Shown here: positions 37,901 through 49,346 of the stretch, in pieces
Layout: every line of letters starts with the position of its first letter
Position numbering within the stretch: the first letter of the stretch is position 1
NCBI RefSeq assembly: GCF_963921235.1
Contig: NC_086097.1
Coordinates: 39,124,001 to 39,188,000 of the forward strand
Direction: 5' to 3'
DNA from: Mobula hypostoma
Taxonomy: Eukaryota
DNA: 64,000 nt
Notes under the pieces: model-generated
Seen by the model: only the letters and a program-made list of their open reading frames with translations
What the model was told of the DNA's origin: nothing
Databases searched by the model: none
Program-made: the position numbers and the translations under genes

Positions 37901-40900
37901 GTTTGTCCTTCCAAAGTGTACCACCTCACACTTCTCTGGGTTGAACTCCCATCTGCCACTTCTCAGCCCACTTCTGCAACCTAACAATGTCTCTCTGCAA
38001 TCTTCGACAATCCTCTACACTATCTACAACACCACCAACCTTTGTGTCGTCTGCAAACTTGCCAACCCACCCTTCTACCCCCACATCCAGGTCGTTAATA
38101 AAAATCACGAAAAGTAGAGGTCCCAGAACGGATCCTTGTGGGACACCACTAGTCACAATCCTCCAATCTGAATGTACTCCCTCCACCACGACCCTCTGCC
38201 TTCTGCAGGCAAGCCAATTCTGAATCCACCTGGCCAAACTTCCCTGGATCCCATGCCATGGAAGAAGTCTAAATGGGAATGCAGAAAATGAAGTGTTAGT
38301 GACATGTTGCCCTTCATGGTTTTGTATGCTTGAAGCATGTTGTCAACCAGCTTCATGTAGTTTGGTGCTCTGTAGTTGCCAAGAAAATTTTCAACGGCAT
38401 CCTTGAATGCCTTCTATGCAATTTTCTCCAGTCCCACTAGAAGTTCTTCGAATTGATGTCTTTGATTATTTTAAAACCGCAAACACGAGGAATTCTGCAG
38501 ATGCTGGAAATTCAAGACGAAGGGTCTCGGCCCGAAACGTCGACTGTACCTCTTCCTAAAGATGCTGCCTGGCCTGCTGCGTTCACCAGCAACTTTGATG
38601 TGTGTTCTTTGATGATTTGTTTGATTTGTGGACCAACAAAAATGGCTTCCTTAATCTTGCCATCAGTTATTCTGACTTGAATTATGAATTGAAATAAATG
38701 GTGCGTAATAGGGTAATTTCATGGTGATTTTCATGATCAGCAGCCCAAAATCCATAAGGCACACCCAAAGGTATTCAGGAAGCAAAATCTTTGTTGTCCA
38801 GTGTTATCGACAGAGCAGTTCATCCGGTGTACATGATGACTACTAGACAGGTATATGGAGGAATTTAAGGTGGGGGGTTATATGGGAAGCAGGGTTTGAG
38901 GGTCGGCACAACATTGTGGGCTGAAGGGCCTGTACTGTGCTGTACTATTCAATGTTCTATGAACAAATTCAGCGCAGACAGCAAGTGCTGATAATGGACT
39001 GCCTTCATACAATGCAATGATTGTTGATTCCTTCAAGTTTTTCATAGTTTCGAACTTGTTGAAATAGTCTCATTTTCACTCCTGGGTGTTTCTGGCACAA
39101 TCAAGCCTGAATGCTTGAAACTGCAGTGAAGAAAACAGTACATAATTGTCTTACTGCTTATTTCTCACTAACTATCAGTGACAAAAATCACTGTTTTTTG
39201 AAAACAAATACATGCAACTAATGTTATTTAAAAACTGTTCACTCAAAGCATGGTATGGCGTTAAATGCCATGCAAGTGCTCATGACTAATGCTACTTACA
39301 ACTTGTTTGGCAACAATCTCCTGCCGCAATTAAGCGGCAGTGTTCCAAATGAACAAAAGGAATCCTGGCAATTTTCTCAATTTAGTTTTTGTTTTTTAAG
39401 AGTTGCCCCAAATAAACAACTCCCCCGATTAACCAATGGTCCAGTTAACCAGAATCCATTGTATTTGGTGAATGAAGGATATTGTCATTGTTTGGTAGAA
39501 TTCTCAAATAGGGTTGCCCGAGAGTTTTTTAGTCTGCTATTATTAGCTCAACTTAAGAATGTTCTTTCACCCTTTTTTTATATTTACAGAAGACAAAGGA
39601 TGAAGTGAGAATTTGCAGTACCTCCCATTCTTCATTTATGCTACCTGATTTTGTAGGGGCAGTCAGATGATCTGCTCTCAACTTTTAAAGTGCATTCTGA
39701 AACACCATCTCTATACCTCCTACCATGACATTTCTGCTGTTGATATGTGGGATCTGCTTCCAGTGTTCCAAAGCTGGCTAAAAGGAAACTAAATACAAGA
39801 GTGCCTGCTTATTTATTTTAACTTGTTCTCCTCAGAGGAGGATGTTTTAAAAATGTTTTTATTTCTTTAGTCTGTGACTGTGATTTGAAACCTCAGCAAA
39901 ATTGAAAGTTATCTAGACCAGGCATTCCTAACCTGAGGTCCCATAATCTTTTTAGGCATTAGAAAACCAATTGTTAATGCAATATTTTAGTAATGCCTTT
40001 AGTTGGAAGTGATCATGGTAGTTGGCTGTTAATTTTACAAAACTGCATGTACCAAAATTGATATCCATTAAGTATTCAATAACTTTTTCAGGACATACAC
40101 AGGCATTGAATCGTCAGGGTATTTGGAAAACCAGACGGGTTTTCTTCCTCACACCACAGGTTATGATGAATGATCTTTCTCGAGGAGCTTGTCCAGCTGC
40201 TAACGTAAAGTGTTTGGTGGTTGATGAAGCACACAAGGCACTAGGAAATCATGCATATTGCCAGGTACAGTATGATTACAGATATGTATGTAGCTACTTT
40301 GCTACTTGATACTGGCATGATTTAATATTTTTAATAACTCACTTTTTTTTACTGTTGAAGGTGGTTAAGGAGCTATGCAACCATACACTTCAGTTCCGTA
40401 TTCTGGCTTTGACTGCCACTCCAGGTGGGGATGTAAAGGTTAGTTACTTGCACAATTGGTGCCAGGTATAAATTAATTAGAGTTCATGCTTTTCCAAAGT
40501 CCGGGTACACAAAGGGAGAAATCATAGCATAAGGATGATGAAGGTACAATCGCTGTCGAGATGAAGAATACCCATATGTTTAATTTTAGCAGCTTTGCAG
40601 TTTTTGTCCTTGAGTATTTATTGGGATTTGGCTGTTCATGAATTCAACCACTGGAATGCTTCTCTTTGCATGTTGTATTAGAAATCATCAAGTCTATAAA
40701 TATCTTTATGGACTATGGTTTATGACAATGCAAGTCAGCCATGGTAGAGGTGAGGATGGTTATAAATACTGTTGCCAAAGTTTTCATGGTATATTCTTAT
40801 AGGGAGCTACAAAGATGAATTTTCATATTTTTTGTCCCTGCTATGGGAGGACATCCTGAGATATTTTAACTTGATTTATTTTAAGGCAGTGTTTTATGTA

Positions 40901-42918
40901 ATTATGTGACTAAAGCTCCTTTGTTATGTTCTGCTATTTTAGGTGATAGATTTTAATGAATGTTAAATTCATGTTAATATTTGGTTTTATTGTGATTAGG
41001 CTTTTAATTTACTTCTCCAAAATTAAGTATTGAAACTGTTTTCTGCAGGGTCAAACTACTCAAAGATCAGAGAGACTGAGTGAGCTTTGGGCAGTTCTAA
41101 GCTAACAGTTCCAAATTCAGTGGCAATCTTTGAAAATGAGCCTAATCAATGTCAGCAATGAACCATGTCCATTACGATAGTAAACTATGAGGATTTGCTA
41201 TGAGCAGAATCCTGAAAAGCTAGGTTTAAAACAAACCAGCTTCTTGGTCTTGAGCACAAACAACAGGAATTCTGCAGGTGCTGGAAATTCAAGCAACACA
41301 CATAAAAGTTGCTGGTGAACGCAGCAGGCCAGGCAGCATCTCTAGGAAGAGGTGCAGTCGACGTTTCAGGCCGAGACCCTTCGTCAGGACTCGGCCTGAA
41401 ATGTCGACTGCACCTCTTCCTAGAGATGCTGCCTAGCCTGCTGCGTTCACCAGCAACTTTTATGTGCGTTTCTTGGTCTTGAGGATATCTTTGAAAGGAT
41501 CCTTCTGCTTCTAACTGGCTGTGTGAAACCCAAGTTGAGAGTATGAAGTGTGAGTACGCATCTTTTAGTAGGAAGCAGATCAAGTGAATTGGCTGCCTGT
41601 GAAGATGCAGAAATGTATTATGTATTAGAGTCAGTCAAACCTACTCTAAGCTGATGACATGAGAAATAATTCCCATTGTATGTTTACATTTATAGCCATG
41701 CATTCTCCCGAGAGATGAAAAATCAGTTTTTTAAAATAACATCTTTGGGCAGTTCGGAGAACAAAACTGGGAATTTTCTTGCCAACCTTCAAGGATGACT
41801 AAACTTCATTCTCCACGTCACAGTGATACCTGCCCATTTGCACACTGTTACTGGACAAAGTCATACTTGATACATAAAGAAGTAGGTCCTGTTCTGTTTT
41901 GAACTTTTACAGCAAGTCCATTATCCACTGTTGGTTCAAGTGAGGGCAGCTTTCAGATATAGTAAAATCTTTTTGACATTAAGTGAAGACTTGTGTACAT
42001 GACCCATTTTTTTTCTGCAGCCTATCCATTTCAAATAGTCCATTCCTTCCATTTTTTAAAAACTTAAAACTTCCCTGAAGCCTTTTCGAATTAATAATCT
42101 GAAGCTCTGAAAGCTAGTGCTAAAAAAAAGCTTTTATCAAGGATCTTTCCAGTGATCTTCCTTTAGACATTTTTCTCTTTAGGATCAGTATTGTCCATTG
42201 TGAAAGGGGTAAAATTGAAAACTGTCCAATGAGTTCTAAATAAAAAATGGAACAACATTACACCTCTTGGTCATCATGATGCATCTTTAGAAGACTTGTG
42301 CTAATGTATCACTCTCTTTTCCATACCTTCTTACTATTAACCTTGTTTCTGTGGATAAGCCAGCAATGATCTCTTTTAAATGAGATCTATTTTTCCATCC
42401 TCTATCCCATCTGGTTTTAATATCGTTATAAAATTATATTGATGTTGATTATGATTGCTTAGATACTTTACAAACAGTGTGTTAGCTAATGTATCTTAAG
42501 TTACAAATCTGTTTGGGAAGGATATTTATGGTAATTTGTTGCTTATGATCTGACCTCTACTGGGAGAAATATATTGTCCATTTAATAAATGAGTAAGGCT
42601 TCAGTTTTAGTATTGTATCCAAAAAGACCAGCCCATAATAATGTAAACAATTAAATACTAAATTGGCATTATCAGTTTGGAGTGAGACTTAAATTCACAA
42701 CTCATTCGTTGAGAAAGGCTGCATCACAAAAATTATGTAATTGTTCCTGTTTTTGACAGGCTGTACAGCAAGTCATTTCAAACCTTATGATTGCACATCT
42801 GGAGGTGAGGTCTGAAGATTCAGTGGATGTCCAGCCCTACTCACACCAGCGACATGTTGAGAAGTTTGTAATTCCTTTGGGACCTGAGCTCACTGCTATT
42901 CAGTCTTTATACTTAGAG
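19414..42918 (+). CDS. FANCM: Fanconi anemia group M DEAH helicase/translocase, 5' partial: exons 19414-19957, 40092-40264, 40361-40438, 42760-42918
   Basis: N-terminus [22 protein letters not shown]; Walker [38 protein letters not shown]. All introns GT-AG with the frame preserved (exons of 544, 173, 78 and 159 nt). Confidence 0.96.
20051..20207. mobile_element. Mini-PLE insertion just downstream of FANCM exon 1
   Basis: Inverted halves; 15-bp TSD TCAAGGCTTTATAAA at 20036-20050 and 20208-20222. Confidence 0.8.
20540..21960 (-). mobile_element. Old Rex1-like LINE remnant
   Basis: Degenerate similarity to the 33000-34300 region in reverse orientation. Confidence 0.6.
24710..26342 (-). mobile_element. 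RTE-clade LINE with 5' inversion
   Basis: Minus segment: [36 protein letters not shown], (AGT)n tail. Plus segment 25836-26342: GPDEI, NYRGMSL, QNGFR. TSD TGTAATGA at 24702-24709 and 26343-26350. Confidence 0.9.
27124..29276 (-). mobile_element. Young, 5'-truncated Penelope-like retroelement (RT + GIY-YIG endonuclease)
   Basis: Frame is stop-free from 29276 to 27513: [34 protein letters not shown], and GIY-YIG motifs VIYC..C..C...YIGET.R....RF.EH. 3' terminal repeat with hammerhead motif. 12-bp TSD CTATGGAAAAGA at 27112-27123 and 29277-29288. Confidence 0.93.
27185..27220 (-). ncRNA. Minimal type I hammerhead ribozyme motif in PLE terminal repeat
   Basis: AGUC-CUGACGA-AGG(gucucgg)CCU-GAAA-CGUC-GACU: intact core, stems I and II, palindromic ACGU stem III, GUC cleavage triplet. 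Confidence 0.8.
31955..34670 (+). mobile_element. Rex1/Babar-type LINE, 5'-truncated and disrupted
   Basis: APE remnant (VVYIPP, AGDVN, LDHCY); RT ([33 protein letters not shown]); tail AATAAAGTATAAAGTAT. Confidence 0.88.
37162..38260 (-). mobile_element. CR1 LINE, 3' fragment
   Basis: [49 protein letters not shown]; (TTCTATG)n tail. Confidence 0.92.
38472..38605. mobile_element. Mini-PLE insertion inside the Chapaev3 transposase remnant
   Basis: TSD TCTTTGAT(T/G)ATTT at 38459-38471 and 38606-38618. Confidence 0.8.
38838..38963 (+). mobile_element. CR1 extreme 3' end, same subfamily as 37162-38260, opposite orientation
   Basis: Near reverse complement of 37162-37285. Confidence 0.85.
40092..40264 (+). 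CDS. FANCM: FANCM exon 2 (DEAH box)
   Basis: [58 protein letters not shown]; tttttcag|GA ... CAG|GTACAG. Confidence 0.95.
40361..40438 (+). CDS. FANCM: FANCM exon 3
   Basis: [26 protein letters not shown]; gttgaag|GTG ... AAG|GTTAGT. Confidence 0.93.
41255..41469. mobile_element. Mini-PLE insertion made of inverted terminal-repeat halves
   Basis: Near-perfect arms of about 75 bp; 14-bp TSD TTCTTGGTCTTGAG at 41241-41254 and 41470-41483. Confidence 0.85.
41356..41391 (-). ncRNA. Minimal type I hammerhead ribozyme motif
   Basis: Same sequence as 27185-27220. Confidence 0.78.
42760..42918 (+). CDS. FANCM: FANCM exon 4
   Basis: [53 protein letters not shown]; ttttgacag|GCT ... GAG|GTGAGT. Confidence 0.93.
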
Positions 42919-44030
42919 GTGAGTGTTATTTTCTCCTAGAGAAGGACAGAAGTTACATGGCTTATGTGTAACCTCAGCTGATCAGTAATATGCCTGACTG
43001 CTTAGATATTAACCCACTGCATTCTCTAGAAAGTTTTGTTCCCCAGACTAGATTTCTGGCATAATTTTTAACTTTTGAAAATAGAAAAAGTGAATTTTAA
43101 TGTATAATTTGAGAGAATTTTAGATGTTTAATATATTCACTTTCCTTTGTTCTATTTACTATAGAATACAAAACATCTAAAAATATTTCTGAAGCTTAAG
43201 TGTATTTCAAGTTAAGGCAAGTCATTTTCTGCTGTCAAAGGTTATGGTAAAACCCATGCAAAGTTCAATGGCAAGTTTCCCACCATTAATATCCTTGGAA
43301 TTGGCATTAATCAGAAACTCAACTGGGCCAGCCTCATAAGTATTTTGGTTAGAAGAGTAGGGGGCTTGGGTTCCTGCAGTAAATGATCCACTTTCTGATA
43401 TCCTAAGACCTTTCCAGCATTTACAAGGCACAAGTCGGGAATGTTATGGATGAGTAAAACACCAATCAACAGCTCTCAAGAAACTCAACACTATACAGGA
43501 CAATAGGCTGCTTGAGTGACACCTCATGAACCATCCTTGACATTCATTCCTTCCACCAGCACTCAGTGGCTGTAGTGTATTATCCACGAAATGCACTACT
43601 GTTGCCCTTCCAGGCTAATTTTACTGCTTCTCCCTACCCTCAACATCAAAGAATTGGGTGCAGTAGAGTACCAGCCTTTGCAAGAGCCTCTCCAAGTCAC
43701 CCAACACATTCCTTTGCTTGGCTTTATATCATGAAGTTTCCTATTGAATTGTATAATGGGATTGTCTTCACATGAAGGAATGCAATGATCTAACCAGGTG
43801 GTTCACTGCCACCTTTTCAAGGGGCATTTAAGAATGGGCAATAAATGTAGGCCTTGCTGGCATTGTTGATACTCCAAAAGTGGTTTTAAAAAAAGAATTG
43901 CATTTCTGTAAAGTATCTAATAGAATTGTATTGAGTTAGCCATAGGCAAACTATTGTGGTAGATGTACTGTGACGATACAAATTCAACTGGTAAACCAGT
44001 CTTAAATACTAGAATAAAAAGGGTGAATTT

Positions 44031-45290
44031 CAGACAAGAGAAAATCTGCAGATGTTGTAAATCCGAGTAATAAACACAAAATGCTGGAGGAACTCAGCAG
44101 GCCAGGCAGCATCTGTGGAAAAGAGTACAGTTGATGTTTTGGTGCAAGATCCTTTGGCAGGACTGGAGAAAAAAAAGATGAGGAGTAGATTTAAAAGGTG
44201 AGGGAGGGGCGAGAGAAACAAAAGGTGATAGGTGAAACCTGAAGGAGGAGGGATGAAATAAAGAGCTGGGAAGTTGATTGGTAAAAGAGACAGAAGACCA
44301 CGGAAGAAAGAAAAGGGGGAGGGGGAGGAGCACCAGAGGGAGGTGATGGGTGGGTAAGGAGTTAAGGTGAAAGATGGAAAAGGGTATGGAGAAATGGTGA
44401 AGAAGAGTTAGGGCATGGGGGGCAATAGCAGAAGTTAGAGAAATTGATGTTCATGCCATCAGGCTGAAGGCTACCCAAACGGAACACAAAGTGTTGTTCC
44501 TGTAACGTAAGTGTGGCCTCACCATGACAGTGGAGGAGGCCATGGATGGACATACGGAAATGGGAAGTGGAATTAAAATGGATGGCCACTGGGAGATCCC
44601 GCATTTTCTGGCGGACAGAGTGCAGGTGTTCGGCAAAGCGGTCTCCCAATCTATGTCGGTTCTCACCGATTATACAGGAGGCCACACCGGGAGCACCAGA
44701 CATGGTATATGACCCCAGCAGACTCACAGGTGAAGTGTCGACTCACCTGGAAAGAGTGTTTAGGACCTTGAATGGCAGTGAGGGAGAGGTGTAGGGGCAG
44801 GTGTAGCACTTTTTCCACTTGCAAAGATAAGTGCCAGGAGAGGGAGATCAGTGGGGAGGGACGAATGGACAAGGGAGTTACGTAGGGAGCAATCCCTGCA
44901 GAAAGCAGAAAGTTGGGGGAGTGGAGGGAAAGATGTGCTGGGTAGTGGCAATCCCGTTGGAGATAGCGGAGGTTTCGGAGAATTATGTGCTGGATGTGGA
45001 GGCCGGTGGGGTGGTAGGTGGGGACAAGAGGGACCCTCTCCCTGGTCGGGTGGCGGGAGCAGACATGTGAAATGGAAGAGATACGATTGAGGGCATCGTT
45101 GATCGTGGAGGGAGGGAGCCCCTTTCTTTAAAAAAGGAAGACATCTCCTTCCTTCTAGAATGACCCCAACAGACTCATAGGTGAAGTGTCCACTCGTCCC
45201 TCCCCACTGATCTCGCTCCTGGCACTTATCCTTGCAAGGCGAAAAAGTGCTATACCTGTCCCTACATCGACTGGTCCCTACATCACCATT
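44031..45290 (-). mobile_element. Decayed Penelope-like element, 3' portion with rearranged 5' end
   Basis: GIY-YIG remnants ([33 protein letters not shown]), collinear with 27500-28280. Confidence 0.85.
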
Positions 45291-45329
45291 GAAGATTTAT
45301 TATTCTGATGATAATAAATCGTTGCTGAT

Positions 45330-45830
45330 TTACTATTCCACTCAACCACATTATCCTGCCTTCTCCCCATAACCTTTGATGCCCTTACAAATCAAGAAAC
45401 TATCAACCTCCACTCTACATATACCCGATGACTTGGCCTCCACAGCTTTCTGTGGCAATGAATTCCACAAATTCACCACCCTATGGCTAAAGAAATTTTT
45501 CTTCTTCCCTGTTCTAAAGGGATGTCTTATTCTGAGACTGTGCCCTCTGGTGCCAGATTCTCCCACTATAGGAAACATCCTTTCAATATCCACTCTATCT
45601 AGGCCTTTTAATGAGGGTTAAGCTATGAAAAAACAGATGAAAAGAAATTTCTTAACCCAGAAAGTGGTGAACCTGCCACGTTCTTTAACAAGAAATGTGG
45701 TTGAAGTCAAATCATCAAATGTATATAATAAGTAGTTCTATATTATTCTTAGTGCTAAAGGTATCAAATATATGGAGAGAAAACAGGAATAAGGTACTGA
45801 ATTTTGATGATCAATTGTGATTGTATTTTG
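45330..45830. mobile_element. CR1 3' fragments (minus 45330-45610, older plus fragment beyond)
   Basis: MFPIVGESGTRGHSLRI..FFSHRVVNLWNSLPQ. Confidence 0.75.
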
Positions 45831-47075
45831 CAGCTGTCAGGGTCAAAGGAGCAGGAATAGAACAGTCAGCTCTATTTTTTTTGTACTTCCAGGAAAGGAA
45901 AATAAAATCAAATTAGTTATCAGTTTGATCTTGCATGTTTGAATATTGCAGAACTGTAAACCAAGCTGCTTATCTGCAGTGTGATGAAACAAATTTTCAA
46001 TTAAGGGATTAACTGAAGGCTTTGGAGATCTGTCACTTGTAGCCCTGATGATGGTAGACAATTAACCAAAGGGAGGTAGAATTATCATGAATGTCCCCAT
46101 TCTCACTGATGGAGAATCTTGGCTTGTGGACACATTCCAAGACATTGTCAGGCAGTATTGCCAATTCATCTGCTCAAAACCTGGTCTTTGCCAAATTGAT
46201 TCAATTGTGTTATATTAAATATGCCTGAATCTGAGTTCAGCAAGACCCTTGAGCCTCTAAGTCTTGGCTGCATTGCTGAAATTTTCTGCTCCAAACGTGA
46301 TTATGGTTCTGTTTTGGGATGATGTGACACAAATGTTGGATGTCACAAGTACCAAACACCATCTTCAACAGAAAAATCTAATGTAAGTAAATCCAAAGCT
46401 GGAAACATTCAGCAAAGGGAGACAAAGGGCGGAGGAGAGGAAAATGTGAACTATTTTCCTCAGGTGAACGACTTGCGGCATAAATTGCTGGTTCTGAACG
46501 AGGGAAAATGTGGTACAGAAGGGCTGTAGTATGCACAGATGAAATATGAAGTGGTGTTCCTCAAATTTGCATATTGCTGTGCTCTCCTCTGGGAAATATT
46601 TCGACACACTTAAAATCTCAAAAACAGAAAAACTGTAATGGAGATAAGCTGGAAGACTGGAGTGGGATCCAGAAGAAGGTTGGGTGGAGACAGTGCGAGT
46701 CTATAGGCTCGTAATGGCTGGGTAGTTCATCTCCTGTGTTGGGGGAAAGAATTCCAGGAAGATAACGCATGAGTAAGTGGACTAAGTGAAAATAATTGAA
46801 TGCAAAAGTGATTAAAATTTTGATTTTGTTTGAGGAAGAATGTAGCACGAATGCAGGCATTAATATACCAGGTAAAGAGTTGAGGAAGCTCACCTGAGCA
46901 GGACTGGGTCCTCATATTTGCAATACATTATACTTTTGTATTTTATCATCCTCTAATGATACCATCAATTCATTCCTGTGGCAACTCTAATCTTACTCTA
47001 TCATAGATAATTCCTCTGCCATATCCTGCTGCTTCTCTGCAGCTTAAAACTACCTTTATAACTACCAGCCCCAAC

Positions 47076-48278
47076 TAGGAGTTGAGGATGCCATCGTCTA
47101 CCTGCTGAACCGTGTCTACGCCCACCTGGACAAGCCAGTGAGCACCGTGAGGGTCATGTTTTTTGATTTCTCCAGTGCATTGAACACCATCCACTCTGCT
47201 CTGCTGGGGGAAGAAGCTGACGGCGATGCAGATGGATGGTGTCATAGATTCTTGATTACCTGACTGGCCGACCACAGTACGTGTGCTTGCAACACTGTGT
47301 GTCAGACAGAGTGATCAGCAGCACTGGGGCTCCACTGGGGACTGTCTTGTCTCCCTTTCTCTTCACCATTTACAGCTCGGACTTCAACTACTGCACAGAG
47401 TCTTGTCATCTTCAGAAGTTTTTGGATGACTCCGGTTGGATGCATCAGCAAGGGAGATGAGGCTGAGTACAGGGCTACGGTAGGAAACTTTGTCACATGG
47501 TGTGAGCAGAATTATCTGCAGCTTAATGTGAAAAAGACTAAGGAGCTGGTCGTAGACCTGAGGAGAGCTAAGGTACCGGTGACCCCTGTTTCCATCCGGG
47601 GGTCAGTGTGGACATGGTGGAGGATTACAAATACCTGGGGATACGAATTGACAATAAACTGGACTGGTCAAAGAACACTGAGGCTGTCTACAAGAAGGGT
47701 CAGAGCCGTCTCTATTTCCTGAGGAGACTGAGGTCCTTTAACATCTGCCGGACGATACTGAGGATGTTCTACGAGTCTGTGGTGGCCAGTGCTATCATGT
47801 TTGCTGTTGTGTGCTGGGGCAGCAGGCTGAGGGTAGCAGACACCAACAGAATCAACTAACTCATTTGTAAGGCCAGTGATGTTGTGGGGATGGAGCTGGA
47901 TGCTGACAGTGGTGTCTGAAAAGAGGATGCTGTCTAAGTTGCATGCCATCTTGGACAATGTCTCCCATCCACTACATAATGTACTGGGTGGGCACAGGAG
48001 TACATTCCACCAGAGGCTCATTCCACTGAGATGCAACACTGAGCGTCATAGGAAGTCATTCCTGCCTGTGGCCATCAAACTTTACAACTCCTCCCTTGGA
48101 GGGTCAGACACCCTGAGCCAATAGGCTGGTCCTGGACCTATTTCATAATTTACTGGCATAATTTACATATTACTATTTAACTACTTATGGTTTTATTACT
48201 ATTATTTATGGTGCAACTGTAACGAAAACCAATTTCCCCCGGGATCAATAAAATATGACTATGACTATTAGACTATAA
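47076..48278 (+). mobile_element. Rex1/Babar-type LINE, 3' fragment
   Basis: [42 protein letters not shown]; (ATGACT)n tail. Confidence 0.85.
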
Positions 48279-49200
48279 TGTCTTCTCAGTTTGGAGCATC
48301 AATAGTTAACTGTTCTTTCCACAGATGCTGCCTCGATTGCTAAGTGTTTCAGGCTTTATTCAGTATAGGCAGTTTAAATTTATTTCCAAGAGATTTTGAC
48401 ATTTAATTCTGGACACTAACATCGTGTTTGGGTTGGGTTGGGTGGGGTGGGGATGGTAATCGCTGACTGGGGATTTAATTTGAATAGGCAAAATTGACAA
48501 CAGCATCCATGGGAAGAGAAATTGTAGCAGTTTTTTTCAGATGGAAGACCCTATGTTAGAACAAGGAAGAAGACAGAAGAAGTTGAGCTGCACAAGGATT
48601 GAGTGTCTCGAACGGGATAAACCTGGTGTGGTAGTTGGGGACAAACTGGAGGGATAGCACCTCTGAAGGGGCTTGTTGTGTCCATTCAGTGGTAGCTCAC
48701 TCACCTTTGGTCCCCACCAGACACTCAGCTCTCACCTGAGACTCTAAATTGCTGTTGCTTGCAATAGTGCCCACACCCTGGTACACCACTTTGGCAGGTG
48801 ACCCAAGCCAGGTGAGTGTCACCAGCAGGCCTCATACCTGGTGAAATTGGGACGTGCCTGTCATAGTATATGAAGTCAACTGCGGTGGACTGGGTGGTTG
48901 AGATCAACAGTGAATTCCAACGACCAAGGCGGTTCTGCAATGCTTCATGGAGAACGAAGAGCATGATAAGGCACAGAATAAGTCATGGGTATCCTCTGGA
49001 ATCCGTTATTAATGAAATCATCTTGAGACACTAAGCAAATTTTAATTTAATCTTTGAATTTGTAACCATAAATGTTTTAATATGTTTACAGTTAAACCTT
49101 CTTACAGCCATTCATCTTGTTTTATAAACTCTTACAAAACAGATCTGCAGAATAAATATCAACCTCTAATCATGAACAGAAAGGCTATCAAGTTTCTATT

Positions 49201-49346
49201 TGGACGAAGGGTCTCGGCCCAAAACGTTGACCGTACTTCTTCCTATAGAGTCCTGACGAAGGGTCTCAGCCTGAAATGTTGACTGTACTTCTTCCTATAG
49301 ATGCTGCCTGGCCTGCTGCGTTCCACCAGCATTTTGTGTGTGTTGC
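49201..49346 (+). mobile_element. Mini-PLE insertion with tandem terminal-repeat units
   Basis: 52-bp period; 13-bp TSD TCAAGTTTCTATT at 49188-49200 and 49347-49359. Confidence 0.85.
49249..49284 (+). ncRNA. Minimal type I hammerhead ribozyme motif (second unit of a tandem pair)
   Basis: AGUC-CUGACGA-AGG(gucucag)CCU-GAAA-UGUU-GACU. Confidence 0.65.

Larger units (their letters stand above)
36785..38803 (-). mobile_element. Chapaev3-type (CMC superfamily) DNA transposon, internally deleted, with nested CR1 and PLE inserts
   Basis: TIRs CACTGGACAGCAAA / TTTGTTGTCCAGTG; TTA on both flanks; transposase remnants [57 protein letters not shown]. Confidence 0.8.
36569..39461. mobile_element. Tigger/pogo-like non-autonomous DNA transposon hosting the Chapaev3 element
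   Basis: Imperfect TIRs CAGTGGATTTTGGTTTATTGG ... CCAGTTAACCAGAATCCATTG followed by TA. Confidence 0.6.
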
